Source: a virus. From it: a stretch of DNA of 37,820 bases. The stretch is taken from the UHGV virus genome UHGV-0214728. One strand, written 5' to 3'. The position numbers were made by a program, and so were the translations under genes. Under the pieces are notes generated by a model that saw only the letters and a program-made list of their open reading frames with translations, ran no database searches and was not told the origin of the DNA. Below, in pieces: positions 7,562 to 15,696 of this stretch; position 1 is the stretch's first letter; every line of letters begins with the position of its first letter.

Positions 7562-8221
7562 TTAAATGTTTTGGGTAATCTGAACCACTTTACCAACAAT
7601 CCGGCAATTACCATCTATCGGGATGGGTTTAAAGGCAGGGTTAAGTGGCATCAAGTATGCGAAAGGGCTATCCCATACCAACTTTTTAACGGTAGCTTCA
7701 GCAGAGCCGTCGAGTATAGCCACTACAATTTTTCCGTAAAGGTCATCCAGTTGGCCATAGTGCGGTTCAACAATAACGATCGATCCTTCTGGGATGGATG
7801 GCAGACCATGAGGATTAGTCATAGACTCCCCGCGAACTACCAGTCCGAATGCTTCATTAGAAACGTTTGCAGTGGTTTGCGTCCATGAAATCACATCAGA
7901 AAGCCTTGAGCATGCATAAGTATCAGTCCACATCCCAGCTTGAACAGCGGAGATAATAGGAACTGCCGTGGGTGGCTTAAGGAACGGAATAACTTTTGTA
8001 TCATCCGGCGTTTCCTCACCTCGACCGTAAAGAATCCATTCTGGAGTTGTCTGCAGCGCCACCGCCAGCTGATGGAGATTCTCACCATCAGGTTTAGTAG
8101 TGCCGCTCTCCCATTTTGTTACGGAAACACGGCTTACCCCTAAGCGTTTAGCCAGGGTCTGCTGTGTTATGTCGAGCTGGACTCGACGGGATCTTATTCG
8201 GTCTTTCATCTCTGTTTTCAT
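7562..8221 (-). CDS. cI: CI-like repressor with an XRE-type HTH and a LexA/S24 autopeptidase domain
   Basis: The N-terminal 'QQTLAKRLGVSRVSVTKWESG' is an HTH. The C-terminal region carries a 'GESM' Ser and a downstream Lys, 'KIVVAILDGSAEATVKKL', typical of RecA-cleavable repressors. It is divergent from a cro-like gene. Confidence 0.9.
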   Translation of the reverse strand: MKTEMKDRIRSRRVQLDITQQTLAKRLGVSRVSVTKWESGTTKPDGENLHQLAVALQTTPEWILYGRGEETPDDTKVIPFLKPPTAVPIISAVQAGMWTDTYACSRLSDVISWTQTTANVSNEAFGLVVRGESMTNPHGLPSIPEGSIVIVEPHYGQLDDLYGKIVVAILDGSAEATVKKLVWDSPFAYLMPLNPAFKPIPIDGNCRIVGKVVQITQNI

Positions 8222-8284
8222 GTAACCAATGTTACATGGATTCCTTGTAACTGTTGTTTGCTATTTAATGTACCTTTTGTTACC
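8221..8284. promoter_or_regulatory. OR-like tripartite operator region between cI and cro
   Basis: Three sites spaced at about 24 bp: TGTAACcaatGTTACA (a perfect palindrome, 8221-8236), TGTAACtgttGTTTGC (8246-8261) and TGTACCttttGTTACC (8269-8284). Confidence 0.55.
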
Positions 8285-8313
8285 TTTAAGGCGTAAGTTA
8301 ACCAGGAGGAACC

Positions 8314-8511
8314 ATGCGTAAATCAGAAGTTATCGAACACTTCGGAGGCGTATCAAAAACCGCAAGTGTTCTTGGTATTTCCCACCCGGCAGTTTGCCGA
8401 TGGGGTGAAGTCATCCCTCAAAAACAAGCATTCGTCATCGAACGAATTACGAAAGGCAAGCTGAAGTACGACGCTAGCCTTTACCAAAAGGCTACAGATT
8501 CAGCTGCTTGA
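8314..8511 (+). CDS. cro: Cro-like HTH regulator
   Basis: Protein of 65 aa, 'KTASVLGISHPAVCRWGE', resembling the Cro/P22 Cro HTH. It is divergent from cI, with a GGAGG RBS. Confidence 0.75.
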   Translation: MRKSEVIEHFGGVSKTASVLGISHPAVCRWGEVIPQKQAFVIERITKGKLKYDASLYQKATDSAA

Positions 8512-8536
8512 AAGTAACTACAAAAGGAAAATCAAT

Positions 8537-8998
8537 ATGGTAGAGCCAAACCTCAAAGAAGCCGTCAAAGCGATGTGCAAAGCATATCCAGGTGGGCGCG
8601 AAGCAATGGCTGGCGCACTGGGAATGACGGTGACGCAGTTTAACAACAACCTTTACGAGAAAAACGGCTGTCGTTTCTTCGAAGTCAGCGAGCTGGAAGC
8701 GATGGAAGACATTTCCAACACGTCGTTACTGGCTGATTACTTCGCTCGCCGTCGTGGTGCTTTGCTGGTGGATGTTCCGCACCTGGAAGAGCTGGATCGC
8801 GTGGACTTGTTCAGCCGGGCAATGCGTACCTCTGCCGCCAGGGGACAGGTTGATCAGATTATCGAACAGGCGCTTGAAGATGGCGTTATTGAAAGGCATG
8901 AGGCCGAAGAAATCATGGTCCACCACCGCCGCCATCTGGCAGCTCGTGAAGAAGAGATTGCCGCAATCATCACGCTTTTTTCACGCAAAAAGAAGTGA
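8537..8998 (+). CDS. CII-like regulatory protein, CP76 / phage 186 CII type
   Basis: Protein of 153 aa directly after cro. Its size and position fit the CP76-type CII family. The assignment comes from position and general resemblance only. Confidence 0.5.
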   Translation: MVEPNLKEAVKAMCKAYPGGREAMAGALGMTVTQFNNNLYEKNGCRFFEVSELEAMEDISNTSLLADYFARRRGALLVDVPHLEELDRVDLFSRAMRTSAARGQVDQIIEQALEDGVIERHEAEEIMVHHRRHLAAREEEIAAIITLFSRKKK

Positions 8999-9235
8999 CG
9001 CCAGCGAGTTGCAGCTCCTGGCGTCGTGGCGTGTCGTTATCAGTGGAGATTACTAACGCATGAACAGTTTATCAACACAATACCGCAGGTCGCAACTTGT
9101 AGCGCGGCCAGTACCTGGTGGAGCAGGACCGGTGCAGTTCGTGTATGGGGTAAGAGTACCTGGCGGGTTCGAGCCTGTCTGCTACCAGTTTGCTCAGTGG
9201 GTGGTAGGGGACTTCAACGGCCAGGCGGAGAAAGT

Positions 9236-9415
9236 ATGCGAGAGCTCAACCGATGGTTCAGAGATCACTACGGCGTCCCGGTCAGGGTCATACGCTGGGA
9301 GCCCCAGACACAGCGCGTTATATACCTGCGTAAAGGGTACGAGCATGAATGCTTTAGCCCCCTTGAGCAGTTCAGACGTAAATTCAGAGAAATAAAGGAC
9401 GATCATGAGCACTAA
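9236..9415 (+). CDS. Small hypothetical protein of 59 aa
   Basis: Good RBS (GGAGAAAGT-ATG). Translation MRELNRWFRDHYGVPVRVIRWEPQ... is protein-like. The upstream parts of both overlapping long ORFs (9026 and 9060) look less coding. Confidence 0.4.
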   Translation: MRELNRWFRDHYGVPVRVIRWEPQTQRVIYLRKGYEHECFSPLEQFRRKFREIKDDHEH

Positions 9416-10343
9416 ATTAACAGGATACGTCTGGGACGCTTGCGCATCTTCGGGGATGAAACTATCCAGCGTGGCAATCATGGCGCGCCTGGCTGACTTC
9501 AGCAACGATGAGGGTGTTTGCTGGCCTTCTATCGCGACCATATCCCGTCAGATTGGCGCTGGTGAAAGTACTGTCAGAACGGCGATAGCTGCACTTGAGA
9601 AAGAGGGGTGGCTCACTCGCACACAGCGCCGCAACGGCAACCGTAATGCATCGAACGTCTACCAGCTCAACGTTTCCAAACTACAGAAAGCGGCATTTTC
9701 TCACCTGTCAGTTTCTGACCCGTCAAAATCTGATGCGTCAAAAACTGACCCCTCAAAATTTGAGGCGTCGAAATCCACCAAAAAAACCAGTTTTGACCCG
9801 TCAGAATCTGGGGGGGATCCGTCAGTAAGATCAACTACTGATCCATCAGATATAAATCCTTCTTGTCCGGACGCTTCGCAACCGGACGAACAGGGCTCTG
9901 CTGATGAATTTCTGTCACGACATCCTGACGCGGTGGTGTACAGCGCTGCAAAGCGGCAGTGGGGAAGTCAGGACGATTTAACCTGCGCCGAGTTCATTTG
10001 GGGGAAAATTATCAGCATGTACGAACTGGCCGCTGAAAGTGATGGTGAGGTAGTTCGGCCTAAAGAACCAAACTGGACCGCATGGGCGAATGAGGTGCGC
10101 CTGATGGTGATGCAGGACGGGCGAACCCATAAACAAATTTGCTCGCTTTTCAAGCGCGCCAACAAAGATTCGTTCTGGTGCAAAAACGTGCTTAGCCCGT
10201 CGAAACTTAGGGAAAAATGGGATGAGCTGTCGTTAAAACTTTCTGTTCCACTCAATAGCTCCCGCCAGGAGGCGTCGATTTCGCGAGCCAGCTTCGAAGG
10301 GGTTGATTACTCATTGCCAGAAAACTCGGGGTTCCGCTCATGA
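9405..10343 (+). CDS. Replication initiation protein with an N-terminal winged HTH (HTH_36-like) and embedded iterons
   Basis: The N-terminal 'VAIMARLADFSNDEGVCWPSIATISRQIGAGESTVRTAIAALEKEGWL' is typical of phage replication initiators. The low-complexity middle segment 'DPSKSDASKTDPSKFEASKS' is encoded by iteron DNA. Confidence 0.7.
   Translation: MSTKLTGYVWDACASSGMKLSSVAIMARLADFSNDEGVCWPSIATISRQIGAGESTVRTAIAALEKEGWLTRTQRRNGNRNASNVYQLNVSKLQKAAFSHLSVSDPSKSDASKTDPSKFEASKSTKKTSFDPSESGGDPSVRSTTDPSDINPSCPDASQPDEQGSADEFLSRHPDAVVYSAAKRQWGSQDDLTCAEFIWGKIISMYELAAESDGEVVRPKEPNWTAWANEVRLMVMQDGRTHKQICSLFKRANKDSFWCKNVLSPSKLREKWDELSLKLSVPLNSSRQEASISRASFEGVDYSLPENSGFRS
9707..9857. repeat. Candidate origin iterons. 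About 6-7 imperfect direct repeats of a CGTCARAAT-containing unit (TGACCCGTCAAAATCTGA-like) lie inside the initiator gene and are followed by an AT-rich stretch.
   Basis: Seen directly: tgacccgtcaaaatctga (9716-9733), tgcgtcaaaaactga, tgacccctcaaaatttga (9756-9773), tgacccgtcagaatctgg (9794-9811), gatccgtcagtaagatca (9816-9833) and gatccatcagatataaat (9840-9857). This is analogous to ori-lambda inside gene O. Confidence 0.6.
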
Positions 10344-11149
10344 GCAAGCCATTTCTCAAATGGGCTGGCGGAAAGTATACCCAGCTGGCTGACCTGTTCG
10401 TGCATATCCCGGCAGGGAAACGCCTGATAGAGCCATTCGTTGGTGGTGGGTCGATATTCCTGAACAGCGAAAAGCACGCAGATTACCTGCTGGCGGACGT
10501 TAATCCGGACCTGATTAATCTGTATCAGATGTTAGCGGTGGTGCCGGATGAAGTGGAATTGAAGGCCCGCTGGATGTTCGAGCACATGCGGTCACCAGAT
10601 GGCTATGAGCTGATCCGTTCCGAGTTCAACGCACAGACGCTGGATGCTACTGAACGCGCAGCTGCATTCCTGTATCTCAACCGGCATTGCTTCAATGGCC
10701 TGATGCGCTACAACCAGGCGAATAAGTTCAATGTGGGCTGGGGAGGCTACAAGGCGCCGTATTACCCGATGGATGAGATGAAAGCCTTTGCGGCTATGGC
10801 GCATAACTGCGTATTCATGACCGCTGACTATCGCCGGACAATCAGCCTGGCCGGGAAAGGGGATGTGGTTTACTGCGATCCGCCTTACGAACCGATGCCG
10901 GGAACAACCGGATTCACTGCCTACGCCGCTGGTGGTTTTAGCTGGGAGAACCAGGTAGACCTGGCGAAGCAATGTGTATCTGCCTTTCACCGTGGGGCTC
11001 GGGTAGTGATTTCTAACTCATCTGCACCGAAGGTTCTCGACCTGTACCGGGAGCATGGTTTTAACCTGCAATTCATTAAAGCGCGCCGTTCGATCTCCTG
11101 CAAAAGCAGTACGCGGGAAGTCGCAAAAGACGTTGTAGCGATCCTTTAA
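10340..11149 (+). CDS. dam: DNA adenine methyltransferase (Dam, GATC-specific, D12 class)
   Basis: 'FLKWAGGKY', 'EPFVGGGSIFLN', 'FLYLNRHCFNGLMRYN' and 'VYCDPPY' align with E. coli Dam throughout. Confidence 0.92.
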   Translation: MSKPFLKWAGGKYTQLADLFVHIPAGKRLIEPFVGGGSIFLNSEKHADYLLADVNPDLINLYQMLAVVPDEVELKARWMFEHMRSPDGYELIRSEFNAQTLDATERAAAFLYLNRHCFNGLMRYNQANKFNVGWGGYKAPYYPMDEMKAFAAMAHNCVFMTADYRRTISLAGKGDVVYCDPPYEPMPGTTGFTAYAAGGFSWENQVDLAKQCVSAFHRGARVVISNSSAPKVLDLYREHGFNLQFIKARRSISCKSSTREVAKDVVAIL

Positions 11150-11158
11150 GGGGGCTAA

Positions 11159-11536
11159 ATGAAACTGACTTTACCATTTCCACCGAGCGTAAATAGTTAC
11201 TGGCGCGCCCCGAGCAAGGGACCGCTGAAAGGCAGGCATCTGGTAAGCGAGACAGGGCGCAAGTTCCAGCAGGCAGCGAGAGCGGCGATTATTGAGCAAC
11301 TGCGGGCCGTTCCCCGGCCATCCTCTGATCTGGCCGAGGTTCACATCGTGTTGTATCCGCCGGATCAGCGCCGTCGGGATATCGATAACTACAACAAAGC
11401 GCTGTTCGATGCCCTGACTCTAACAGGCGTCTGGGAAGACGACAGTCAGGTTAAGCGCATGCTGGTGGAGTGGGGGAACATCGTGAAGAAAGGGAAAGTA
11501 GAAATCACCATCCGACGTTTTCGTGCAGTTGCCTGA
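11159..11536 (+). CDS. rusA: RusA Holliday-junction resolvase
   Basis: 'LPFPPSVNSYWR' and the 'RRRDIDNYNKALFDALT' acidic catalytic region match E. coli RusA (LPWPPSNNRYY / RRRDLDNLQKAAFDAL). Confidence 0.85.
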   Translation: MKLTLPFPPSVNSYWRAPSKGPLKGRHLVSETGRKFQQAARAAIIEQLRAVPRPSSDLAEVHIVLYPPDQRRRDIDNYNKALFDALTLTGVWEDDSQVKRMLVEWGNIVKKGKVEITIRRFRAVA

Positions 11537-11548
11537 CGTGGAGATGAT

Positions 11549-12529
11549 ATGAGAGTACTACTAACCCCTGAGATTGCCCCACGCATGGGCGTTGTTCTTC
11601 TTCGCCCAGGTGCTGATCTCATGCCGATGTTCAGGAGAGGGCGGGTACTGATTGAGCCTGCACCGGAAAAATACAGCGACTACGCAACCGGCGCCATCCC
11701 TCCCGCCACGCAGCCACTGTCAGAAGACCCGGTTTTGAAACCAGTCTTCGAAAACAAAGACGTCATTCTGCGTGCGGGTGGTATCAGCTCGCTGGAGGCT
11801 GAGCTTGAGCGTCGTTTTGAATGCCAGTACCCGCACGGTTCGTGGCACAGCGAAAATTTTACGCTGTTCCGGCATGAGCCTGGCAGCATCCGCCTTTGCT
11901 GGGCCTGCGATAACCTGCTGCGTGATCAGTACACAGAGACGCTGGCAGGCATTGCGCGTGGGAACCTGGTATCCTGGCTGATAACTGTCATCCGCTCACA
12001 GCTGGGGTTCAACGAAGACCATCAACTGACAATCCCGGAATTATGCTGGTGGCTGGTTATAAACAATCTGGCGCACGTCATCCCTGAATCGCTGGCCCGG
12101 AAAGCCCTGCGATTGCCGGAAATAAAGCATCAACCGGTGATGAAGGAAAGCGATATTGTGCCGGAGCCAGCGGCGAGCGAAGTGGTGCAGAAAAAGATTC
12201 TCGGTCTTCGCGTAGATCCTGAAACGCCGGAATCTTTCATGCTGCGACCAAAGCGCCGCCGCTGGGTAAACGAGAGCTGGACGCGCTGGGTTAAGTCTCA
12301 GTCGTGTGTCTGCTGTAACAAACAAGCAGATGATCCCCATCACCTGATAGACCACGGACAAGGTGGAATGGGAACGAAAGCGCATGACCTGTTTGTGTTG
12401 CCGCTTTGCAGAGCGCATCACGACGAGTTGCACGCTGACACCGTGGCATTTGAGGAGAAGCACGGCTCACAGCTGGAGCTGCTGTTTCGATTTCTGGATC
12501 GTTCGCTGGCAATTGGCGTGCTGGCATAG
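11549..12529 (+). CDS. Phage protein with a C-terminal HNH-like Cys/His motif (DUF968-like)
   Basis: The C-terminal 'CVCCNKQADDPHHLIDHGQGGMGTKAHDLFVLPLCRAHHDELH' is an HNH-type motif. Family membership (DUF968) is recalled from memory and not verified. Confidence 0.55.
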   Translation: MRVLLTPEIAPRMGVVLLRPGADLMPMFRRGRVLIEPAPEKYSDYATGAIPPATQPLSEDPVLKPVFENKDVILRAGGISSLEAELERRFECQYPHGSWHSENFTLFRHEPGSIRLCWACDNLLRDQYTETLAGIARGNLVSWLITVIRSQLGFNEDHQLTIPELCWWLVINNLAHVIPESLARKALRLPEIKHQPVMKESDIVPEPAASEVVQKKILGLRVDPETPESFMLRPKRRRWVNESWTRWVKSQSCVCCNKQADDPHHLIDHGQGGMGTKAHDLFVLPLCRAHHDELHADTVAFEEKHGSQLELLFRFLDRSLAIGVLA

Positions 12530-12542
12530 TGGAGAACGCATA

Positions 12543-13121
12543 ATGATTAACCCGTCCGAGGTTGGAAAAGCTGGTGAAATGGTCAGGCTGAAAACGCTGG
12601 AGGCCATCTGGATTCAGGGGAAGCTGCGTATGTGGGGCCGCTGGTCCTACATCGGCGGCGGTAGTGGTGGAAATATGTTCAATCAGCTGTTGGCGTCAGG
12701 GAAGATAACGAAGACCGCTATAAACGATGCTTTGCGCCGTATGAAAAAATCAGGCATTACCAAGCCGGAGCTGGAAGCGTTCTTTAAGGAAATCCTCAGT
12801 GGTAAAAATAAAAGCGGCCTGGCTTTTTGTACTGACGAGGAAGGGTTGATAATTGATTCTGTGCTTAGTGCTCAGCTTGTGCGTTCCGGGAATAAAGCTC
12901 TCTATCAGTTAATCAGGGATCGATATGTCTGCCGCATGAGCAAGAAGGCGATGGCGAAAGAGCTAAACGAAAAGCATCCAGAATGGTGCTTACGGACTTG
13001 TGAAAGCAGGATCGATGTTTGGCTAAATCTTGCAGAATCGATGCTTTACGCACCAATGTGTGATGCATTAGGCACAAATGGCGACAGATTTTACTTGAAT
13101 AGTTGCGCGAAAAGTGCTTGA
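12543..13121 (+). CDS. Late-gene antiterminator Q-like protein (phage 82 / QuuD type)
   Basis: The N-terminal 'LKTLEAIWIQGKLRMWGRWSY' resembles the QuuD 'LERWGAWAA' motif. It sits directly upstream of a terminator and the lysis cassette. The start was placed at ATG 12543 (GGAG RBS), not the longer table ORF that overlaps the previous gene. Confidence 0.55.
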   Translation: MINPSEVGKAGEMVRLKTLEAIWIQGKLRMWGRWSYIGGGSGGNMFNQLLASGKITKTAINDALRRMKKSGITKPELEAFFKEILSGKNKSGLAFCTDEEGLIIDSVLSAQLVRSGNKALYQLIRDRYVCRMSKKAMAKELNEKHPEWCLRTCESRIDVWLNLAESMLYAPMCDALGTNGDRFYLNSCAKSA

Positions 13122-13170
13122 ATTGTGATAGGCTCGGGACGTTAAAGCGAACTGAGCAACAAATACTAAT

Positions 13171-13197
13171 AGCCTGCTATAAAGCGGGCTTTTTGTT
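13171..13197 (+). terminator. Candidate tR'-like terminator downstream of Q
   Basis: AGCCTGC-TATAAA-GCGGGCT stem (7 bp, one G-U pair) followed by TTTTTGTT. Confidence 0.35.
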
Positions 13198-13232
13198 ATC
13201 ATTATCTTTTAGGTTGAATCGAAGGTGATGAT

Positions 13233-13805
13233 ATGTGGTTAGGAATACCTTTTCTTTATGTCAAAGAAAGATTAGCAGATACAGTTACTATTGATAAGAT
13301 TCCATCAATAACAGTGGATTCATCGTTTTCTTGGGAAACAATAATTGCGGCTTTTATAAGTGGCTTAGTTCCAGCTTTAATTTCTCTGTATGTCATAAAG
13401 AATAATAACGAATCTATAAGATATCAACAAAAACAAGAAGATAAGAGGCATTTCTCTGCGCATATGCGAGTAGTAATAAGCGAATACGCATATCAATTAT
13501 CAAAAGTAAAAGAGATACATGCTGAGTGCTTACGTTTTAGCTCAATGTTCAGTAGTGTCAAAACTTCTGAGTTGGCAGATAAAATGTCTGATGCCTTGTT
13601 AGAGTTAGAAAGATACAAAGCAAGTTTATTGATTTCTATACCAGAGGATGATGCTGGTAGAAAATTTAAAGAAGAAATAAATGAAATTTCAGAGTCCTTA
13701 TCCGAACAAATAAAATATGGGTTGAAAACAACAAAAATGGAAAAAGTTTGGAATGATGATTATGATGCATTTATATCCAATTCTAATAGATATTTAAATA
13801 AGTAA
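13233..13805 (+). CDS. Moron-encoded protein of 190 aa with an N-terminal TM helix and a charged, coiled-coil-like C-terminal domain
   Basis: About 30% GC. It has its own RBS (AAGGTGA). The TM segment is 'WETIIAAFISGLVPALISLYVI'. A strong terminator follows. It is located between Q and the lysis genes. Confidence 0.6.
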   Translation: MWLGIPFLYVKERLADTVTIDKIPSITVDSSFSWETIIAAFISGLVPALISLYVIKNNNESIRYQQKQEDKRHFSAHMRVVISEYAYQLSKVKEIHAECLRFSSMFSSVKTSELADKMSDALLELERYKASLLISIPEDDAGRKFKEEINEISESLSEQIKYGLKTTKMEKVWNDDYDAFISNSNRYLNK

Positions 13806-13825
13806 TTCGCTGTAGAGTATAATCA

Positions 13826-13857
13826 TAAAAGCCACTAACAAGTGGCTTTTTTATTTT
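13826..13857 (+). terminator. Rho-independent terminator after the moron gene
   Basis: AAAAGCCACT-AACA-AGTGGCTTTT hairpin followed by TTATTTT. Confidence 0.65.
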
Positions 13858-13897
13858 CCTCGCACTGAGAGGACTCACAGCAATAAGAGGGGGCTTA

Positions 13898-14293
13898 ATG
13901 TCCGATCCTTTAACTGGTACCGGCCTGATTTTTGGCGGCGGTTTAATTGGTTCCGTCGTATATGGAGTTATCACCCACACCGATTTTGGTGTGGTATTTG
14001 GGGCTTTTGGCGGCGCGGTGTTTTATGTGGCAACGACCGCAAACCTGACACGTGGAAGGCAAATAGCTTACTTCATGACGTCGTTTATTGTCGGTGTTCT
14101 GGCTGCCGGATTATTAGGCTCAAAATTTACTACCTGGACAGGCTATACGGATCGTCCGCTTGATGCGCTCGGTGCGGTGGTGGCATCTGCTGTTACCATC
14201 AAGGTCCTGACTTTCATTAACAGCCAGGACTTGAGCAGCCTGTTCGGATTACTTTCCCGATTAAGGGGAGGAGGTTCGAATGGTAATAAATGA
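13898..14293 (+). CDS. Lysis-cassette membrane protein with 4 predicted TM segments, Gly-rich. Candidate holin or antiholin.
   Basis: Protein of 131 aa with strong RBS AGAGGGGG. Glycine-zipper-like TM segments. It precedes a second small membrane protein and the endolysin. Confidence 0.45.
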   Translation: MSDPLTGTGLIFGGGLIGSVVYGVITHTDFGVVFGAFGGAVFYVATTANLTRGRQIAYFMTSFIVGVLAAGLLGSKFTTWTGYTDRPLDALGAVVASAVTIKVLTFINSQDLSSLFGLLSRLRGGGSNGNK

Positions 14294-14561
14294 CCCGGCA
14301 GCGCTGGCCAATGCGGTGATATGTGCCGTTATTGTCTGCGCTTTGATGTTTTATCAACGTCGCGGTGCCAGGCATCGCCCTGGTATCTCCATTCTTGCTT
14401 ACTTGCTGGTATTGATTTACGCGAGCATTCCTTTCCAATTTATCTTCGGTCTTTACGTACAGTCCCACTGGCTGGTGGTAATGGCAAACGTAATGATATG
14501 CGCCGCCGTGCTGTGCGCTCGGGGTAACGTGGCGCGTCTGGTCGATACATTGAGGCACTGA
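14280..14561 (+). CDS. Putative class-I-type holin of 93 aa with 3 TM segments
   Basis: Strong RBS (GGAGGAGG). Three hydrophobic segments and a charged C-terminus. It lies immediately upstream of, and overlaps, the endolysin. Confidence 0.5.
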   Translation: MVINDPAALANAVICAVIVCALMFYQRRGARHRPGISILAYLLVLIYASIPFQFIFGLYVQSHWLVVMANVMICAAVLCARGNVARLVDTLRH

Positions 14562-15190
14562 TGAATAAATCACAATTTCAGAAGGCGGCTGGTATCAGCG
14601 CCGGGTTAGCTGCGCGCTGGTTTCCGCACATTGATGCTGCGATGAAAGAATTCGGCATCACTGCTCCACTCGATCAGGCGATGTTCATTGCCCAGATGGG
14701 GCATGAGTCCGGCGGTTATAAAACGCTGGTGGAAAGCCTGAACTATGCCGCCGACAGACTTGTGCCTACGTTCGGTAAACACCGTATCACCGCCCAGCAG
14801 GCCGCCGCACTCGGCAGAACAGCAACGCAACCAGCTAATCAGCGAGCAATCGCGAATCTGGTGTATGGGGGCGAGTGGGGCAAAAAGAATCTCGGTAATC
14901 AGGTTGCCGGTGATGGCTGGAAATATCGCGGTCGCGGCCTGAAACAAGTTACGGGTTTGAGCAACTATCGCAGCTGCGGACAGGCGCTGAAGCTTGACCT
15001 TGTTACCCAGCCTGAGCTGCTGGAGCGAGATGACTACGCTGCACGTTCGGCCACATGGTTTTATGTCTCCCACGGTTGCCTGCTTCATTCCGGTGATGTT
15101 GAGCGCGTAACGCTGCTTATCAATGGTGGCCGCAATGGTCTGGATAAACGCCGAGCGCTGTTTAACCAGGCTAAATCAGTACTGGTGTGA
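14561..15190 (+). CDS. Endolysin, glycoside hydrolase family 19 (chitinase-like lysozyme)
   Basis: 'FIAQMGHESGGYK' is the GH19 catalytic signature. The protein is 209 aa and sits in the expected lysis position. Confidence 0.85.
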   Translation: MNKSQFQKAAGISAGLAARWFPHIDAAMKEFGITAPLDQAMFIAQMGHESGGYKTLVESLNYAADRLVPTFGKHRITAQQAAALGRTATQPANQRAIANLVYGGEWGKKNLGNQVAGDGWKYRGRGLKQVTGLSNYRSCGQALKLDLVTQPELLERDDYAARSATWFYVSHGCLLHSGDVERVTLLINGGRNGLDKRRALFNQAKSVLV

Positions 15191-15197
15191 GGTCCTC

Positions 15198-15473
15198 ATG
15201 GGCATTGAAATGATTATTGGTCTGGCAACTGCGTTGCTGGCCATTGTCGCTGGCGCATTTGGGTTAGGCCATTCTCGTGGCAGCAGCAAGGCAGAAGCCA
15301 AAGCCGAGCAGCAGCGCACTGAAGAAAACGCCGCTGCCAACGTCGCCGCAGCGGAACGGAAAGAGGAAGCCACCAGAGAGGCCAGCAATGTACAGCAGAC
15401 TGTTAGCCATATGCCTGATGACGATGTTGATCGGGAGCTGCGCGAAAAGTTTACCCGCCCCGGTAGTCGTTGA
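15198..15473 (+). CDS. i-spanin (Rz-like): N-terminal TM plus a charged periplasmic helix
   Basis: Start placed at ATG 15198 (GAGG RBS), i.e. 'MGIEMIIGLATALLAIVAGAFGL' followed by the Ala/Glu-rich 'KAEAKAEQQRTEENAAANVAAAERKEE'. Confidence 0.55.
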   Translation: MGIEMIIGLATALLAIVAGAFGLGHSRGSSKAEAKAEQQRTEENAAANVAAAERKEEATREASNVQQTVSHMPDDDVDRELREKFTRPGSR

Positions 15474-15606
15474 TACGGCCTGCAGCTGGGTGCGGATCAT
15501 CTACCTGACCGACCACGATATCGACGTGCTGGATAAGCAGACCAAGCGCGACATTCTGGCGCACAACAGAACAGTTAAAAGAAACTGTAATCAACTAAAA
15601 ATGTGA
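15388..15606 (+). CDS. o-spanin (Rz1-like) lipoprotein, starting inside the i-spanin in the +1 frame and extending beyond it
   Basis: 'MYSRLLAICLMTMLIGSC' is a signal peptide with a lipobox-like IGSC. This is the overlapped spanin architecture. Confidence 0.5.
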   Translation: MYSRLLAICLMTMLIGSCAKSLPAPVVVDTACSWVRIIYLTDHDIDVLDKQTKRDILAHNRTVKRNCNQLKM

Positions 15607-15696
15607 CGCAAGTCCCAATTATCCATTGCGTTGCTAAGTGTTACAAAATCCATTGAATTATGATGTGTGTTTACACTCACATAGCAATGGATATTT

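Noticed and set aside
12363-12542. The upstream 60 codons of table ORF 12363..13121, as an extended Q start
   Set aside because: They overlap the 3' end of the DUF968-like gene in another frame and encode a Cys/Trp-rich segment. ATG 12543 has a GGAG RBS and begins right after the upstream stop.
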